64,000 nt of DNA from NCBI GenBank assembly GCA_030704615.1, contig CM060733.1:70184001-70248000 (forward strand), in the 5' to 3' direction. Positions 54,646 through 64,000 of this stretch are shown one piece after another. Source of the stretch: Takakia lepidozioides. Taxonomy: Eukaryota > Plantae > Bryophyta. The notes under the pieces are model-generated. The model made no database searches. It was given only the letters and a program-made list of their open reading frames with translations, and was not told where the DNA came from. Made by a program: the position numbers and the translations under genes. Within the stretch, counting starts at the first letter, position 1. Each line of letters starts with the position of its first letter.

Positions 54646-56010
54646 CTATGCTGCAACCTCTTGAGCAGTACCCCCTTCCTGCTCAGTCAATGACAAGGCC
54701 TCATCCTGCCCCATCGTCTCATCATTGAGAACCTCCTCATCCCGAGAAGAATCCCCAACCCCATCCATCACAGCTGCCTTCGCTGCCAACTCCCTCTGAA
54801 CCTCGAGCACCTCCCACATGTGCCATGGATGTCTACACCTCGTGGTCCTCACCGGCTCGCCCCCACTCGCTGCCTGTACCGTCTCGGTAGGCAGAGAGAC
54901 CGTCAAGGGAAGTGCACTCCGCACTCTACGTTGCTCAGCCATAGCCAAGCTGACAATCCAGGTCAAGCAATTGAGATCCATTGCTTGCCCCAACACCTGA
55001 CGACGTGATGCCTCAGAAAGAGAAGGCACCGCCGTGGTCCCAGTGGAAAACCCCATAGCCCGCTCTCGCTCGTCGGCATTAGGCTCCACTAACTGCTGCA
55101 ACTGAGCATCCCACAAGAGGCCAGGTCCACCATCCCGAAAAGCATGGGATCCTGGGAAGCTGAGCAGTGTAGGTAATGCTGCTCGTGGTTGACCCACCCT
55201 GTTGACCACTGCCAAAGGCGAACGGTCATCGTGTCTCACACGTTGAGACTGCCTTCCTGTGTCCAAAATGCCATCCACGGTGAGGTGTGCTGGCCGCTGC
55301 ACCCCATCAAATGCACGCTTGAGCAGTGCGGGTGGCATCAAGTTAGTCCACCATAGTCGTGGACGATGAGCCCGTGACCCCACTGCAGCTGCATCCAGCA
55401 ACACTGCTGACCCAAGCCACGACCGGACTTGATGCACACTGGCCATCACCCTGGCCCGAGAATCACCCATCAGTGGTACATTCTCCAAGATGTATGCTGG
55501 AGATACAGCTTGATGAAGCTGCAAGCAGCGCAAAATCCGCACCATCTCCCAAAACAGACCCGTCCTCGAGTCTCGCAATCCATTGCCATGCCCGGCTGAT
55601 GAATGCCCTTGGCAGGGCCAACCTGCCACTATCAGATCAATGGAGCCAACCTGCTCCAAATCTTGCGCCCCCAACAAGGAAATGTCTGCTGGCAAGGCTT
55701 GTTGGTATCCACGAACTGCAGACACAGGCAACAAGTCAGGGTACTGCTGTACCAACTGAGCCACATGGCGCAGTGAGACGCGTCGTGCAGTCTCATCCCT
55801 CTCCACATACAGGTAACGCCTTACCCGCACACCTGCCTGTAGCACAGCAGCCAATCCGGTGCTGATCCCGCCAAACAAGTCCAGAAGGCAAATGCCTTCA
55901 TCCGGCCGCTGCCACACAAGAGGTGTGGTGTCCAATGGCGACAACTGAGGTGGCCCTGGTGCAATCACCGCACTCTCCTCCTCTCTGACGGTACAAAAGC
56001 TTCTTCCCAA
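54646..56010 (-). CDS. C5 cytosine DNA methyltransferase domain (DNMT3/DRM-like) within pol
   Basis: Motif I LLDLFGGISTG, II YVERD, IV IDLIVAGWPCQ, VI YILENV, VIII AHRPRLWWTN, IX ERERAMGF, X RRQVLGQAM. Confidence 0.93.
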   Translation of the reverse strand: MGRSFCTVREEESAVIAPGPPQLSPLDTTPLVWQRPDEGICLLDLFGGISTGLAAVLQAGVRVRRYLYVERDETARRVSLRHVAQLVQQYPDLLPVSAVRGYQQALPADISLLGAQDLEQVGSIDLIVAGWPCQGHSSAGHGNGLRDSRTGLFWEMVRILRCLQLHQAVSPAYILENVPLMGDSRARVMASVHQVRSWLGSAVLLDAAAVGSRAHRPRLWWTNLMPPALLKRAFDGVQRPAHLTVDGILDTGRQSQRVRHDDRSPLAVVNRVGQPRAALPTLLSFPGSHAFRDGGPGLLWDAQLQQLVEPNADERERAMGFSTGTTAVPSLSEASRRQVLGQAMDLNCLTWIVSLAMAEQRRVRSALPLTVSLPTETVQAASGGEPVRTTRCRHPWHMWEVLEVQRELAAKAAVMDGVGDSSRDEEVLNDETMGQDEALSLTEQEGGTAQEVAA

Positions 56011-58847
56011 GCTTGTTGCACCCGTCCATCAGCAGCTTGCTGCAAATCCTTGCTCGTACCCCACAACGGAGTGTGAGCAACCATGGCAGGCAACTCCGCC
56101 GTACCATGCATGTCATCCTGCTCTGCTGGAGGTGGCACATCCTCTGCATGGGCATTGCCTTCCAGCAACTCTCCAGGCCAACTAACGGCAGCTGTGAAGG
56201 CGGCTAGTGTTGGCATCTTGCCCCGCTGGGCAGCTGCAATACCCCCAATGAATGTCACAGGGAGCTGTGCACGGCGACCATCCCCTGACTGCCATCCAGG
56301 CCTGTAGGATGCTGACTCCTCCCAGAAATCCAGGGTGAAGCCCATGGGGTATAACACTGCCCCACCAACGAGGACATCGTAAGAGACCGCGTCTGTCACA
56401 ATGGCCTTGGCTCGCATCACTGAGCCATCTACAGGATGATCCGGCTGCAGTCTAATAGCCAACTGATGTCGTGTCATGCCGCGAGCCTGCTCTGATCCTC
56501 CCAGAGATGTCTGTATCTGGAAAGGACAAGGCTCCATATCCGCCTCCATGAGGCCCAAACCTGCAATAGCAGCTCTGCCCAACATCAGTGGCTGAGCTCC
56601 TGAGTCCAACAAGACCCGCAGTGGCCGGTACTTCTTGCCTGCCGGTCCACTCAAAGTGAAAATGCCTCCCTGGTTGTCTAACAAGACAACTCCAGGTGTC
56701 ACCATGGCGCGCTCAATGGCTGGCCTAGCTGGCAGCTCCGTCAACCTGGCAGCTGCAACTTGCCATGGCGCAGCCGTGGCAGTCTTGACCCTCAAATCCG
56801 AGGATCCCTCTGCCACTACACCTTCCACTAACTCCGCAGAAGATGAAGTGACCTCCCCACTCTCACAGAGTGTTGCTGCTAGTCTGAACACTGCAGCTGG
56901 TCTCACCCCCGGCGTCGCAATCATTGTTGCCGAGAACAGTGGGGCCTGACACACAGAGGTGGCTGCCCCCAATAACACACCGGCCGCACTAGCCTTGGCA
57001 GCAGGAGTCAATGCTGCACGTGTAGCTCTCCCCAATGGCATAGTAACCTCCGCCTCGGTAACAGTCGGGCGAGAACTAGGTGCCATGGATGGCGTCGACA
57101 CAGTCTCCGCCAATGTGAATGACTGAGGAAGCCTTGCCTGACGGCTTGCCTCCCCACGCTGTGGATCCAATTCCACCTCTGCACCTCGTGGCTCAGGAAC
57201 TCGTGCTGCTCCTCGAGTCACGGCTGCAGCAGACTCCACCTGCTCTAGTGGTAGTGCTGCTCCGCACATAAATCCCATGCCTCCCATATCTCCTCCCTCA
57301 GGAGCAGGAGGTGGACCATCCCGCCTGGGAGCCGGTACCGCCTGAGCTATAGCCATGGCAGCGAGCCTCTGCTCTAGCTGCTGAAGCCGGTTGGCCATGC
57401 CTTGATCAACGCCCTGACCACCGCGTCCTTGGCCATGTTGAGCTTGCCCTTGGCCTGCACCTCGTGCCCGACCACCTCGTCCTCTCTGGGCTGGTCCACC
57501 TCGCCCCCGGCCACCATTGTTCCCTTGGAACTGGCCTGGGCGCAACTCAGGATGCAAGTCATAACACTGGGCATCTCCATGCCCATACTTGCCACAATGC
57601 ACACACTGCAACTGTGCAGGCTGTGCTTGTGCTGGCCTTCTGCCACTCTCTGGGCAATCTCTCTTGACATGGGGTCCTCCACATGTCCAACATATCACCC
57701 CTGGTTGCTGTTGGCCTGCAAAAGATGCCACGGGCCTCTGCACCTGAGGTCCCCTGTAAGCTCCATGGAACTTGGGCTGGGCAACCTTGCCCCCCTGACC
57801 ACGCTGTTGGGCAGTCCCTTGTGCCTGTGGGCTGACAGTTGTGCCCCGTACAGGCATGTCCTTGCCAAATCCAATTGTAACAACTCGCTCCTCCACCATG
57901 TTGAGCTCAATCCGCTCAGCCAGTAGAAACACATCTGTTAATGTGGGTTGGGCTGCTTGTAACAGGGTTGCATCTCGCACCCTTCTCTTGAGCTCCTTGT
58001 CCAGAATTCCATACCAAAACTGGATTGCCTGAGCTTCAGTAACCCCTTGGGTCACACTTATCAAGCGCCTCATACGAGTGTACGCCTCTCGCAGGCTCTC
58101 ACTGGGTTTGCGCTGGAAGTCTTGCAAACTTCGCAGCTTCTCTGTCCGTACACCTTGGTAGTTCCTCCGCAAATCCTGGAAGAACTCCACCACCGGGTTG
58201 AATCTAGGCACATGTGTTGTAGTCGTGGCAGGAGGAGTAGTAGCACCTTTTGAACTGGTACCACCTGCAGAAGTACCAGCACTACTTGCTCCACTACTAG
58301 TGCTGGCAGTGGGAGCTATTGGTACTGATGCAGCTACTGGTCGCGTCGTGCCTCGAGTAATGGAGACGTAGTCAGGTGACCAATACATCCTCCACTCCTC
58401 AATCTCTGCTTCATGTCCTCGCCTGAACTCGTGGTAATCGTCCATAGGCGGGCCTTCCAAATGCTGGAACAGTCCCTTCCACGCCATGAATGGGGTGAAT
58501 AGCTGTGGATTGCGCATCTGCTGCAAATCACACCAGCTGTCAAACTCCTGGATAAAGTCATCCAACTCAATTGTGCCCACAGCTCCAGAGTACCTACGAG
58601 GCCCCTTGGTAGCTCCATACATCTCCTCCATGTCGTCCCACAACAATGGCGAATGAAAGTGCACACTTGTTGATGAAGCCTCCGAGTCTGTGTCTGACTC
58701 TACAGTAATTGAAGGTGGCGGTGAAGGTGGTCTGAACCGAATACCTCGTCTTGTGAACCCACTCTCACTGTTACTGCCTGTAGCCGTACTCCCCTCAAAA
58801 CCCTTGGGTAACTCCGTAATGACACTCACAATGTGCACCTCCTCCAC
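55965..58847 (-). CDS. gag: Gag and aspartic protease
   Basis: FQRKPSESLREAYTRM; knuckles CWTCGGPHVKRDC and CVHCGKYGHGDAQC; protease VLLDSGAQ...YDVLVGG. Confidence 0.9.
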   Translation of the reverse strand: MEEVHIVSVITELPKGFEGSTATGSNSESGFTRRGIRFRPPSPPPSITVESDTDSEASSTSVHFHSPLLWDDMEEMYGATKGPRRYSGAVGTIELDDFIQEFDSWCDLQQMRNPQLFTPFMAWKGLFQHLEGPPMDDYHEFRRGHEAEIEEWRMYWSPDYVSITRGTTRPVAASVPIAPTASTSSGASSAGTSAGGTSSKGATTPPATTTTHVPRFNPVVEFFQDLRRNYQGVRTEKLRSLQDFQRKPSESLREAYTRMRRLISVTQGVTEAQAIQFWYGILDKELKRRVRDATLLQAAQPTLTDVFLLAERIELNMVEERVVTIGFGKDMPVRGTTVSPQAQGTAQQRGQGGKVAQPKFHGAYRGPQVQRPVASFAGQQQPGVICWTCGGPHVKRDCPESGRRPAQAQPAQLQCVHCGKYGHGDAQCYDLHPELRPGQFQGNNGGRGRGGPAQRGRGGRARGAGQGQAQHGQGRGGQGVDQGMANRLQQLEQRLAAMAIAQAVPAPRRDGPPPAPEGGDMGGMGFMCGAALPLEQVESAAAVTRGAARVPEPRGAEVELDPQRGEASRQARLPQSFTLAETVSTPSMAPSSRPTVTEAEVTMPLGRATRAALTPAAKASAAGVLLGAATSVCQAPLFSATMIATPGVRPAAVFRLAATLCESGEVTSSSAELVEGVVAEGSSDLRVKTATAAPWQVAAARLTELPARPAIERAMVTPGVVLLDNQGGIFTLSGPAGKKYRPLRVLLDSGAQPLMLGRAAIAGLGLMEADMEPCPFQIQTSLGGSEQARGMTRHQLAIRLQPDHPVDGSVMRAKAIVTDAVSYDVLVGGAVLYPMGFTLDFWEESASYRPGWQSGDGRRAQLPVTFIGGIAAAQRGKMPTLAAFTAAVSWPGELLEGNAHAEDVPPPAEQDDMHGTAELPAMVAHTPLWGTSKDLQQAADGRVQQAWEEAFVPSERRRVR

Positions 58848-59366
58848 GTGACACTATAAGGCTCTAGTACTAATCTAATAGTGACACGGGTGGGCACCTG
58901 TTGCAGTTTAAGGGTCGTATCACAATGGCTCAGGGCACCTGCACCTGCATCCACCGCAAGAACTCCTATGGTTGGCTGGTCATCAACCCAGCCTCACCAT
59001 AGAAGAAACACTGGTGGTCTTGCTGGTCATCACTCCAGCCTCACCACCGACAGCATACTCTAGGATTGACCGGTGATCAAATCCGGCCTAATCCCTATGA
59101 AAGCAAGCGCCCACACAAAACCAACATGGCGCACAGTCAAGCATGCAGGTGTTGGGGGGGATCCAAACACAAGAAATCAAAACATCAACACCCCCACACC
59201 AAAATCCAGCTGCAATGCTGATCCTGCAGAATATCCCAGCCCAAAACCCCGGACTGACTGGCCTCCACCAAGAGAGGCTTTGGCAACTACGAGTACAAGA
59301 TAATGAAAATAGTACAGAGATGGAGGGGAAGAATAGAAGTTCGCCCAAGCAAGATCTAATCCTGAT

Positions 59367-60116
59367 CTATGCTATCAACTTCCAGACTTCTCTCAAAGTG
59401 CCTCGCTCTGCGTGATGGTAAGGTGTAGGAGGTATATCTATGTCCAGAAACCTGCCACTAACCTTGTCCCAAGCTACAGTAGCTCGCTCTAACCAACCCT
59501 CCTCCTCTTTCTGCCAGGTAGAGACAAAGCAATACTCCCCTATCTCCCGCTCACTGAACACTAAAGAAAACAAAGGTAGGGTCTGATAGTCTCTCAACTC
59601 GAAAGCTTTGAGACGGTTGCGGGTGTCTTCATTGCGAATGACTGCATCGCCTTCAAACAGAACAAACTTGTCCTCGCTAATGAACCCCCGCTCGTGGTTG
59701 CCTTGTGCAGAGCGTGTCCGACTGCAACACTGTCTAATTGCACAAACTTGTGTAGCTCCTGCTCCTCTGCTCCAGTACACCACGGCCTTGTGACTGAACA
59801 CCTTGGTCCCCGGGGCTGTCTTTGGCTGTGTTCCAAGCCTAGCTTTCACCCACTTTGGTATTTCACCTACAGCTGCAGAACTGCTGGCTCCAACAGAGTT
59901 CTGACTGTCCAAGGCGATATTGAGGCCCTCAATGCCAACTACAGCAGTCTGTTGTCTACTGCTAATGCCTGACTCCCAGTATGCAATCAACTCGTCCAAC
60001 TGTTCTCCACTCAAATCAGTCTGAGTTCCTTGGGAAACATAAATCTTGTCCCCTTTGGTGCACAGGCTAAGAGAAGAGACCTGCCCTTCAACGACGTCCT
60101 CATTTCCCCCAGCCAT
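59367..60116 (-). CDS. Extra 249-aa ORF upstream of gag, unknown function
   Basis: Intact ATG-initiated ORF in element-sense orientation; no recognised motif. Confidence 0.5.
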   Translation of the reverse strand: MAGGNEDVVEGQVSSLSLCTKGDKIYVSQGTQTDLSGEQLDELIAYWESGISSRQQTAVVGIEGLNIALDSQNSVGASSSAAVGEIPKWVKARLGTQPKTAPGTKVFSHKAVVYWSRGAGATQVCAIRQCCSRTRSAQGNHERGFISEDKFVLFEGDAVIRNEDTRNRLKAFELRDYQTLPLFSLVFSEREIGEYCFVSTWQKEEEGWLERATVAWDKVSGRFLDIDIPPTPYHHAERGTLREVWKLIA

Positions 60117-60944
60117 ACAAGGAGTACATCCACAGATTTGTCTCTAATATAGACCAGCACAGGTTCTAGAGACAGGATTGTGGATCTTTCATGGCACACT
60201 CACACTCTAAAAATTCCATAGATTTTTAGCAGAGTCCCAAAAACAGAAACCAGGTCTAGATAGGTAGATTTCCCCTTTCTGCAGCTATCCCCTCAAAAAC
60301 TGAGTCAAACGGAGCTCATTTGACAAAGATATGACCAACCAGGCTCTTTAAACATTTAAATTAGATCAAAAAGGCTTTGTTTTTTTTTTTTTTTTTTAAC
60401 ACCAAAACGCTTTTGCCATTACAACCTGTTCCCAGGTTATCTACGAGTTCCCGAGGTCGTTCCCCTCCAGGATTCTCCAGGCACCAAGAGCTCGTTAATT
60501 CCAACACTCGACCTCAGTTGGGTGGGGTATCACGATTTGCTTTTCTCTGCGCGTGGGCCTGCCTCCTCGAGACCTAGAGACTACAAACCAGGAATTGGGG
60601 CGATTTCAAGAGCAGATGCACTGCGCAGCACCTTCATGGCTTATGGACAGGCGGCCTGCTGTGATGTGGCCGTCTTTGCATGGAATCCAAAGCCAAGACC
60701 AGCTTGAAGTTCCATCAACTTGGTCTAATTCGCATCTCTCATGTTTTCCTGCAACGGGCATTGACGCCCACAATTTCCAGGGCTTGCACTGAAGCATTTC
60801 TAAGCTGTTCTTAGGCCACTAACACACCCTGTGTAGCTGCAGAAATTGTTCCCACGGGACCCTATAGATTCACCTGTAAGGCTGCTCAACGCCTGAGCTT
60901 AGAGTATGGTTGGATCACTTGCTCATTAAAGGCCCACAGAATAT

Positions 60945-61522
60945 CTACAAAAGGACCCCAGCCTGACCACCACCTGCTTGTGCCAGCTTGTTCAAAGATT
61001 TGCCCAGGTACTTTCCTTGTCTCTCAGCAACACTCTTTGTTTGCGGTAGGGCTTCCATTAGTAACTGGATCAACTGCCAAGCTTCCACCAGGGCACTTCT
61101 TCACAGGTAAGGAGTGGACAAAGGAAGAAGATCCAACACCCATTGATCAAACCAGCAGCCCGTATGGCACCTCCGTCCCATCCGTAAGCACTAATTTGTC
61201 TGGCAGAACATCCTTGACTACATCTTGCATCAGCTTTACCCCAGTCTGAAAACAGTTATGCATTTAAGACCCTCCAGCTTATCCCTCCAAACCCTTGATC
61301 AGGTGCCTGGTCGCGTACTCCCGGAGTCGAACATCGAAAGATGAAAAAAAATCTCCTTTGCCTCAATAAGTGTGACATGGATAAAATCTTTCACATGGCC
61401 GAACTAGCCGTAGACGTCTCTCCTGATGAGTCACTGAGCTCACCACTGAGTTCCACCCCTGTAGGACCACCACCTACAACAACACAGTGTAGCAGTCTTG
61501 CCTTCTCATCTGCTGATATCCC
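60945..61522 (-). pseudogene. Captured fragment of mitochondrial alternative NAD(P)H dehydrogenase (NDA-type)
   Basis: Manual translation: [30 protein letters not shown]...[13 protein letters not shown]...SSFDVRLREYA | TGVKL...[21 protein letters not shown]...VAERQGKYL; stops and frameshifts. Confidence 0.85.
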
Positions 61523-62174
61523 TGCAATCCATTTTGAAAAAAAAAAGAAACTGTCCAGGTACTGCATGCTGGATTGCCTTGTCGGTTGTTGGCTAGTCCC
61601 ACCACTGCTGTATTTAGCCTTCTATCACATGAATCAAGTCGTCCACAGTGGTGTCTTCCCTAAACTGCACTTGCCACTACTGTCCTTGTCAATGGTGATT
61701 CAGTTAGAGTCACCCCTGAATCACGATAACTTGCAGCCCCAAGTGACAACGTTCAGATGTGGACCCACTTTTGAGACCCACCAAATGTCATTTATGCCCA
61801 GTCCTCTGCCAAGTCACAGATACACACAACTAGTTGGATCAGAGCCTTCTTCCGAGCAAGGCATTCTTTTCCGCGCTGCAGTGTCATCTGCTGCCAAAAA
61901 TTTGGAAGACAAGCTTCCACCCACTGTTCCACATCATCATCATCGTTCGTTGTGACTTCAAGCTTCTGATTCTGCAAAGCCTGGACAGTCAAGCGGTTGT
62001 TCCTTTGAAAGAGGATCAGTGGTATGCAATGAAGCCTTCAGACATGACACACAAGACCAGAAGAGCTCCTCTATAAGCTTACTGGTGAAACGATCATCCA
62101 GCTTCAAGGATCATGCATAGGTGCCAACTAGCATTTGCTGCTGCATTTTTAAGTATCTCCTTGTGTACCCCAAA

Positions 62175-62297
62175 GCCTCTAGTGACTTGGTAGCTTCAGC
62201 GACTGCAATAACAATGGCGGCTCTGGCATCGTCATCCTCCAGGCGTTTCAGGGCACGCTGAATCTTGTGGTCACATTCAATGATATGCTTCTCAAAC
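62175..62297 (-). pseudogene. Captured fragment of LUC7-like splicing factor
   Basis: FEKHIIECDHKIQRALKRLEDDDARAAIVIAVAEATKSLE resembles plant LUC7 (ECDRKI.RALKRL.EEDAKAAIAISVSEVT, recalled from memory). Confidence 0.65.
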
Positions 62298-62385
62298 TAA
62301 TCACTACTTATACGCAGGTAATCTTGCAAGTGCTAACCCTCAACTCCTACCTTGCACTCACAGGTAAGAGAGCATCTTTCTCGAG

Positions 62386-62733
62386 TGATAGAAGTCCAAC
62401 GAACACACTGTGACACAAAACATGAAAACCAAACCATCACTCTTAGAAAATAGTAGTCGAGCCAGGGGCACCCCAAGCTATGGGGACTCCACCCCACAAC
62501 AACCTGTACCCCTACATAAGCACACTCAAATCTAAACACATGCAGGAGCTCGGTCGCGCAGGCTCAACTCGAGAAAGATGAGCCGCGCGACTGCCGCTCT
62601 CGTGAAGATAAGACGGACCAGGTGTCAAACTAAACTTGACACCTGATTTAACACTTGACCTAAATCCAAGTGTTAAATACAAATAACTAGTTTTATTCTA
62701 GCTGTTTTCACACTGTGCTTATTTAACTTGACA
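62386..62733 (-). repeat. Repeat A1 (348 bp, 5' terminal; TGTCAAG...CTATCA)
   Basis: Direct repeat of 50818-51165. Confidence 0.95.
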
Positions 62734-62765
62734 ACTGTTCTGAAGTGTGGTTATCCTCTTTGCAG

Positions 62766-64000
62766 AACATGTCCATTGAGGAAATGGCGGACATGCCATC
62801 TTGCAATTTGGCAGAAACTGTGCACAACGCATGGTTGCAGCAGTCTGGGAAACGAGGTCGGGATTTGTATGTGGCAACAACAGATGATTTGATACGTGCC
62901 TTGCAACAACAAACCCGATACCGTGATTTCTTACGAGGTGGGGTTGGTGGCAAGGGTCCGGACAAATGGGAGTTGATGTTGCGTGCTGCAAACAGATCTG
63001 GGGATCCAATCAAGATAGCACGGGCGGTGAGCATGTATGCCCAGGGAACGCCACTTGTTTCTAGAGTTCCACATCTTGAAGGGGAGGAGAGATTCGGCTC
63101 CTGTAAGAGGAAATTGAACACTCCACCTGGTTCGGATTCAGATTCCCACAGGGCAGACCGTGATAACTTCTCGAAGCCTTGTGTTCCCCTGCATGACAGC
63201 TCCATGTCCGGAACCTCCATTGTGGAGGAACCTCCAACACGACGGCAAGCTCCAGCATCAAACAGTGCCACTGAAATGGTGCAGGAGAGAAACAACCCCC
63301 TTGATGTGCTTGAGTCCGCATGTCCCGACCACGTTTGGCACATAGAACGCACAAGTGTAGGGTCTCGTGTGAAATGTACAGCGATCAGGGCAACTAATTT
63401 CGAGAAATGCACTTCATCTATATCCAGAGGTGGTGCCCGAACTCCTGCTCCGACTTTCACGGGCTTGATGCGTCCATACGGTCAACCAGAAGCCAAGAAC
63501 CACAAGTTCTGGTTCTGCGCAGATGATTGTGCCAAATGTGTGCATGGAACTGTGCGTCCTTCCGTAGTGATGAAGCCAACTCCTCCAACCATTTGGCCCG
63601 TGAAGGTGGGAACACATCTCAGCTTTCAGGAGATTGAAATGCTGGAGGAGGCAGGTTTTTCCCTTGCGAGACAACCCCAACTCCATGCATGTGCTACTAC
63701 TTCTGCGTCCTCCCGGGTCCCCCCGGCAAATCCTGACTTGTGGCCAACCAAACGAGATGGAAAGCTCGTTCGGCGTTTCCCTCCAACTGCTGAACACTTT
63801 GGCAAAGTGGAGTCCGCAAGAATGCTCCAAGCTCGTGTTGGAAGCACCACGGAAGTACCCGATCCAGGATATGGTCGGGTATTCACAATCATCACTTCCA
63901 CATCTGCTGTTCATGACAGGACCTACGACATCACGGTTTCCAATTTCCCCAATTGCACATGTCCTGATTTTGTGAATATGCTATCAACCAGTTTGGGCAA
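62766..64000 (+). CDS. Outer transposase, part 3 (catalytic E region to start of SWIM), runs off window
   Basis: After acceptor TGCAG: NMSIEEMADMPSCNLAETVHNAW...DLYVAT...; same frame reaches FPNCTCPDF at 63951; homologous to the inner transposase C-terminal half. Confidence 0.88.

Larger units (their letters stand above)
50731..62733 (-). mobile_element. Ty3/gypsy retrotransposon (12003 bp) with C5-DNMT, PHD-integrase and split direct repeats; TSD ACTG
   Basis: ACTG at 50727-50730 and 62734-62737; termini TGTC...GACA; removal restores a short GT-AG intron; order gag-PR-DNMT-RT-RH-IN. Confidence 0.92.
30300..64000 (+). mobile_element. Outer Mutator-like DNA transposon (ParB-MTase gene plus transposase) hosting two nested insertions; left end unresolved, right end beyond window
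   Basis: Same divergent two-gene layout as the bounded inner element; the transposase reconstitutes after removing both insertions. Confidence 0.7.

Noticed and set aside
50731-62733. DIRS/PAT/Ngaro tyrosine-recombinase element, suggested by split repeats and an MTase
   Set aside because: It encodes an aspartic protease and a DDE integrase, has a TSD, and no YR motif was seen.
62723-63914. Minus-strand ORFs of 245 and 166 aa
   Set aside because: They are antisense shadows of the plus-strand transposase exon.

Overview
Eukaryotic land-plant DNA, probably a non-seed plant (inferred from PLS-class PPR, SAL1 and ARF-B1 sequences and the TE lineages). Two host genes sit head-to-head in the middle: a SAL1/FIERY1-like nucleotidase (-, 17574-20550) and an ARF-B1 GTPase (+, 20939-24892). 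The rest is mostly transposon. A decayed Ty3/gypsy lies at about 1.6-7.7 kb and a hAT remnant at 25.3-26.7 kb. From about 30 kb to the end there is a three-layer nest. (1) An outer Mutator-like element has a GCM-MULE(DDE)-SWIM transposase and a divergent, intron-rich ParB/Srx + amino(N4C/N6A)-methyltransferase-like gene. (2) A diverged relative with the same two genes (37926-49696) is inserted into the outer transposase exon with an 8-9 bp TSD. (3) A young 12.0 kb Ty3/gypsy (50731-62733, 4-bp TSD ACTG) sits in the transposase intron. It encodes a DNMT3-like C5 cytosine methyltransferase between protease and RT, and a PHD finger after integrase. It also carries captured host-gene fragments and has a self-complementary PBS. 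Its repeats are split (A-internal-B-A-B), as if a 2-LTR circle had been opened at a palindrome inside the LTR. Three TE-borne DNA methyltransferase-like genes of two classes are therefore nested here. All domain calls are by eye from motifs; no searches were run.
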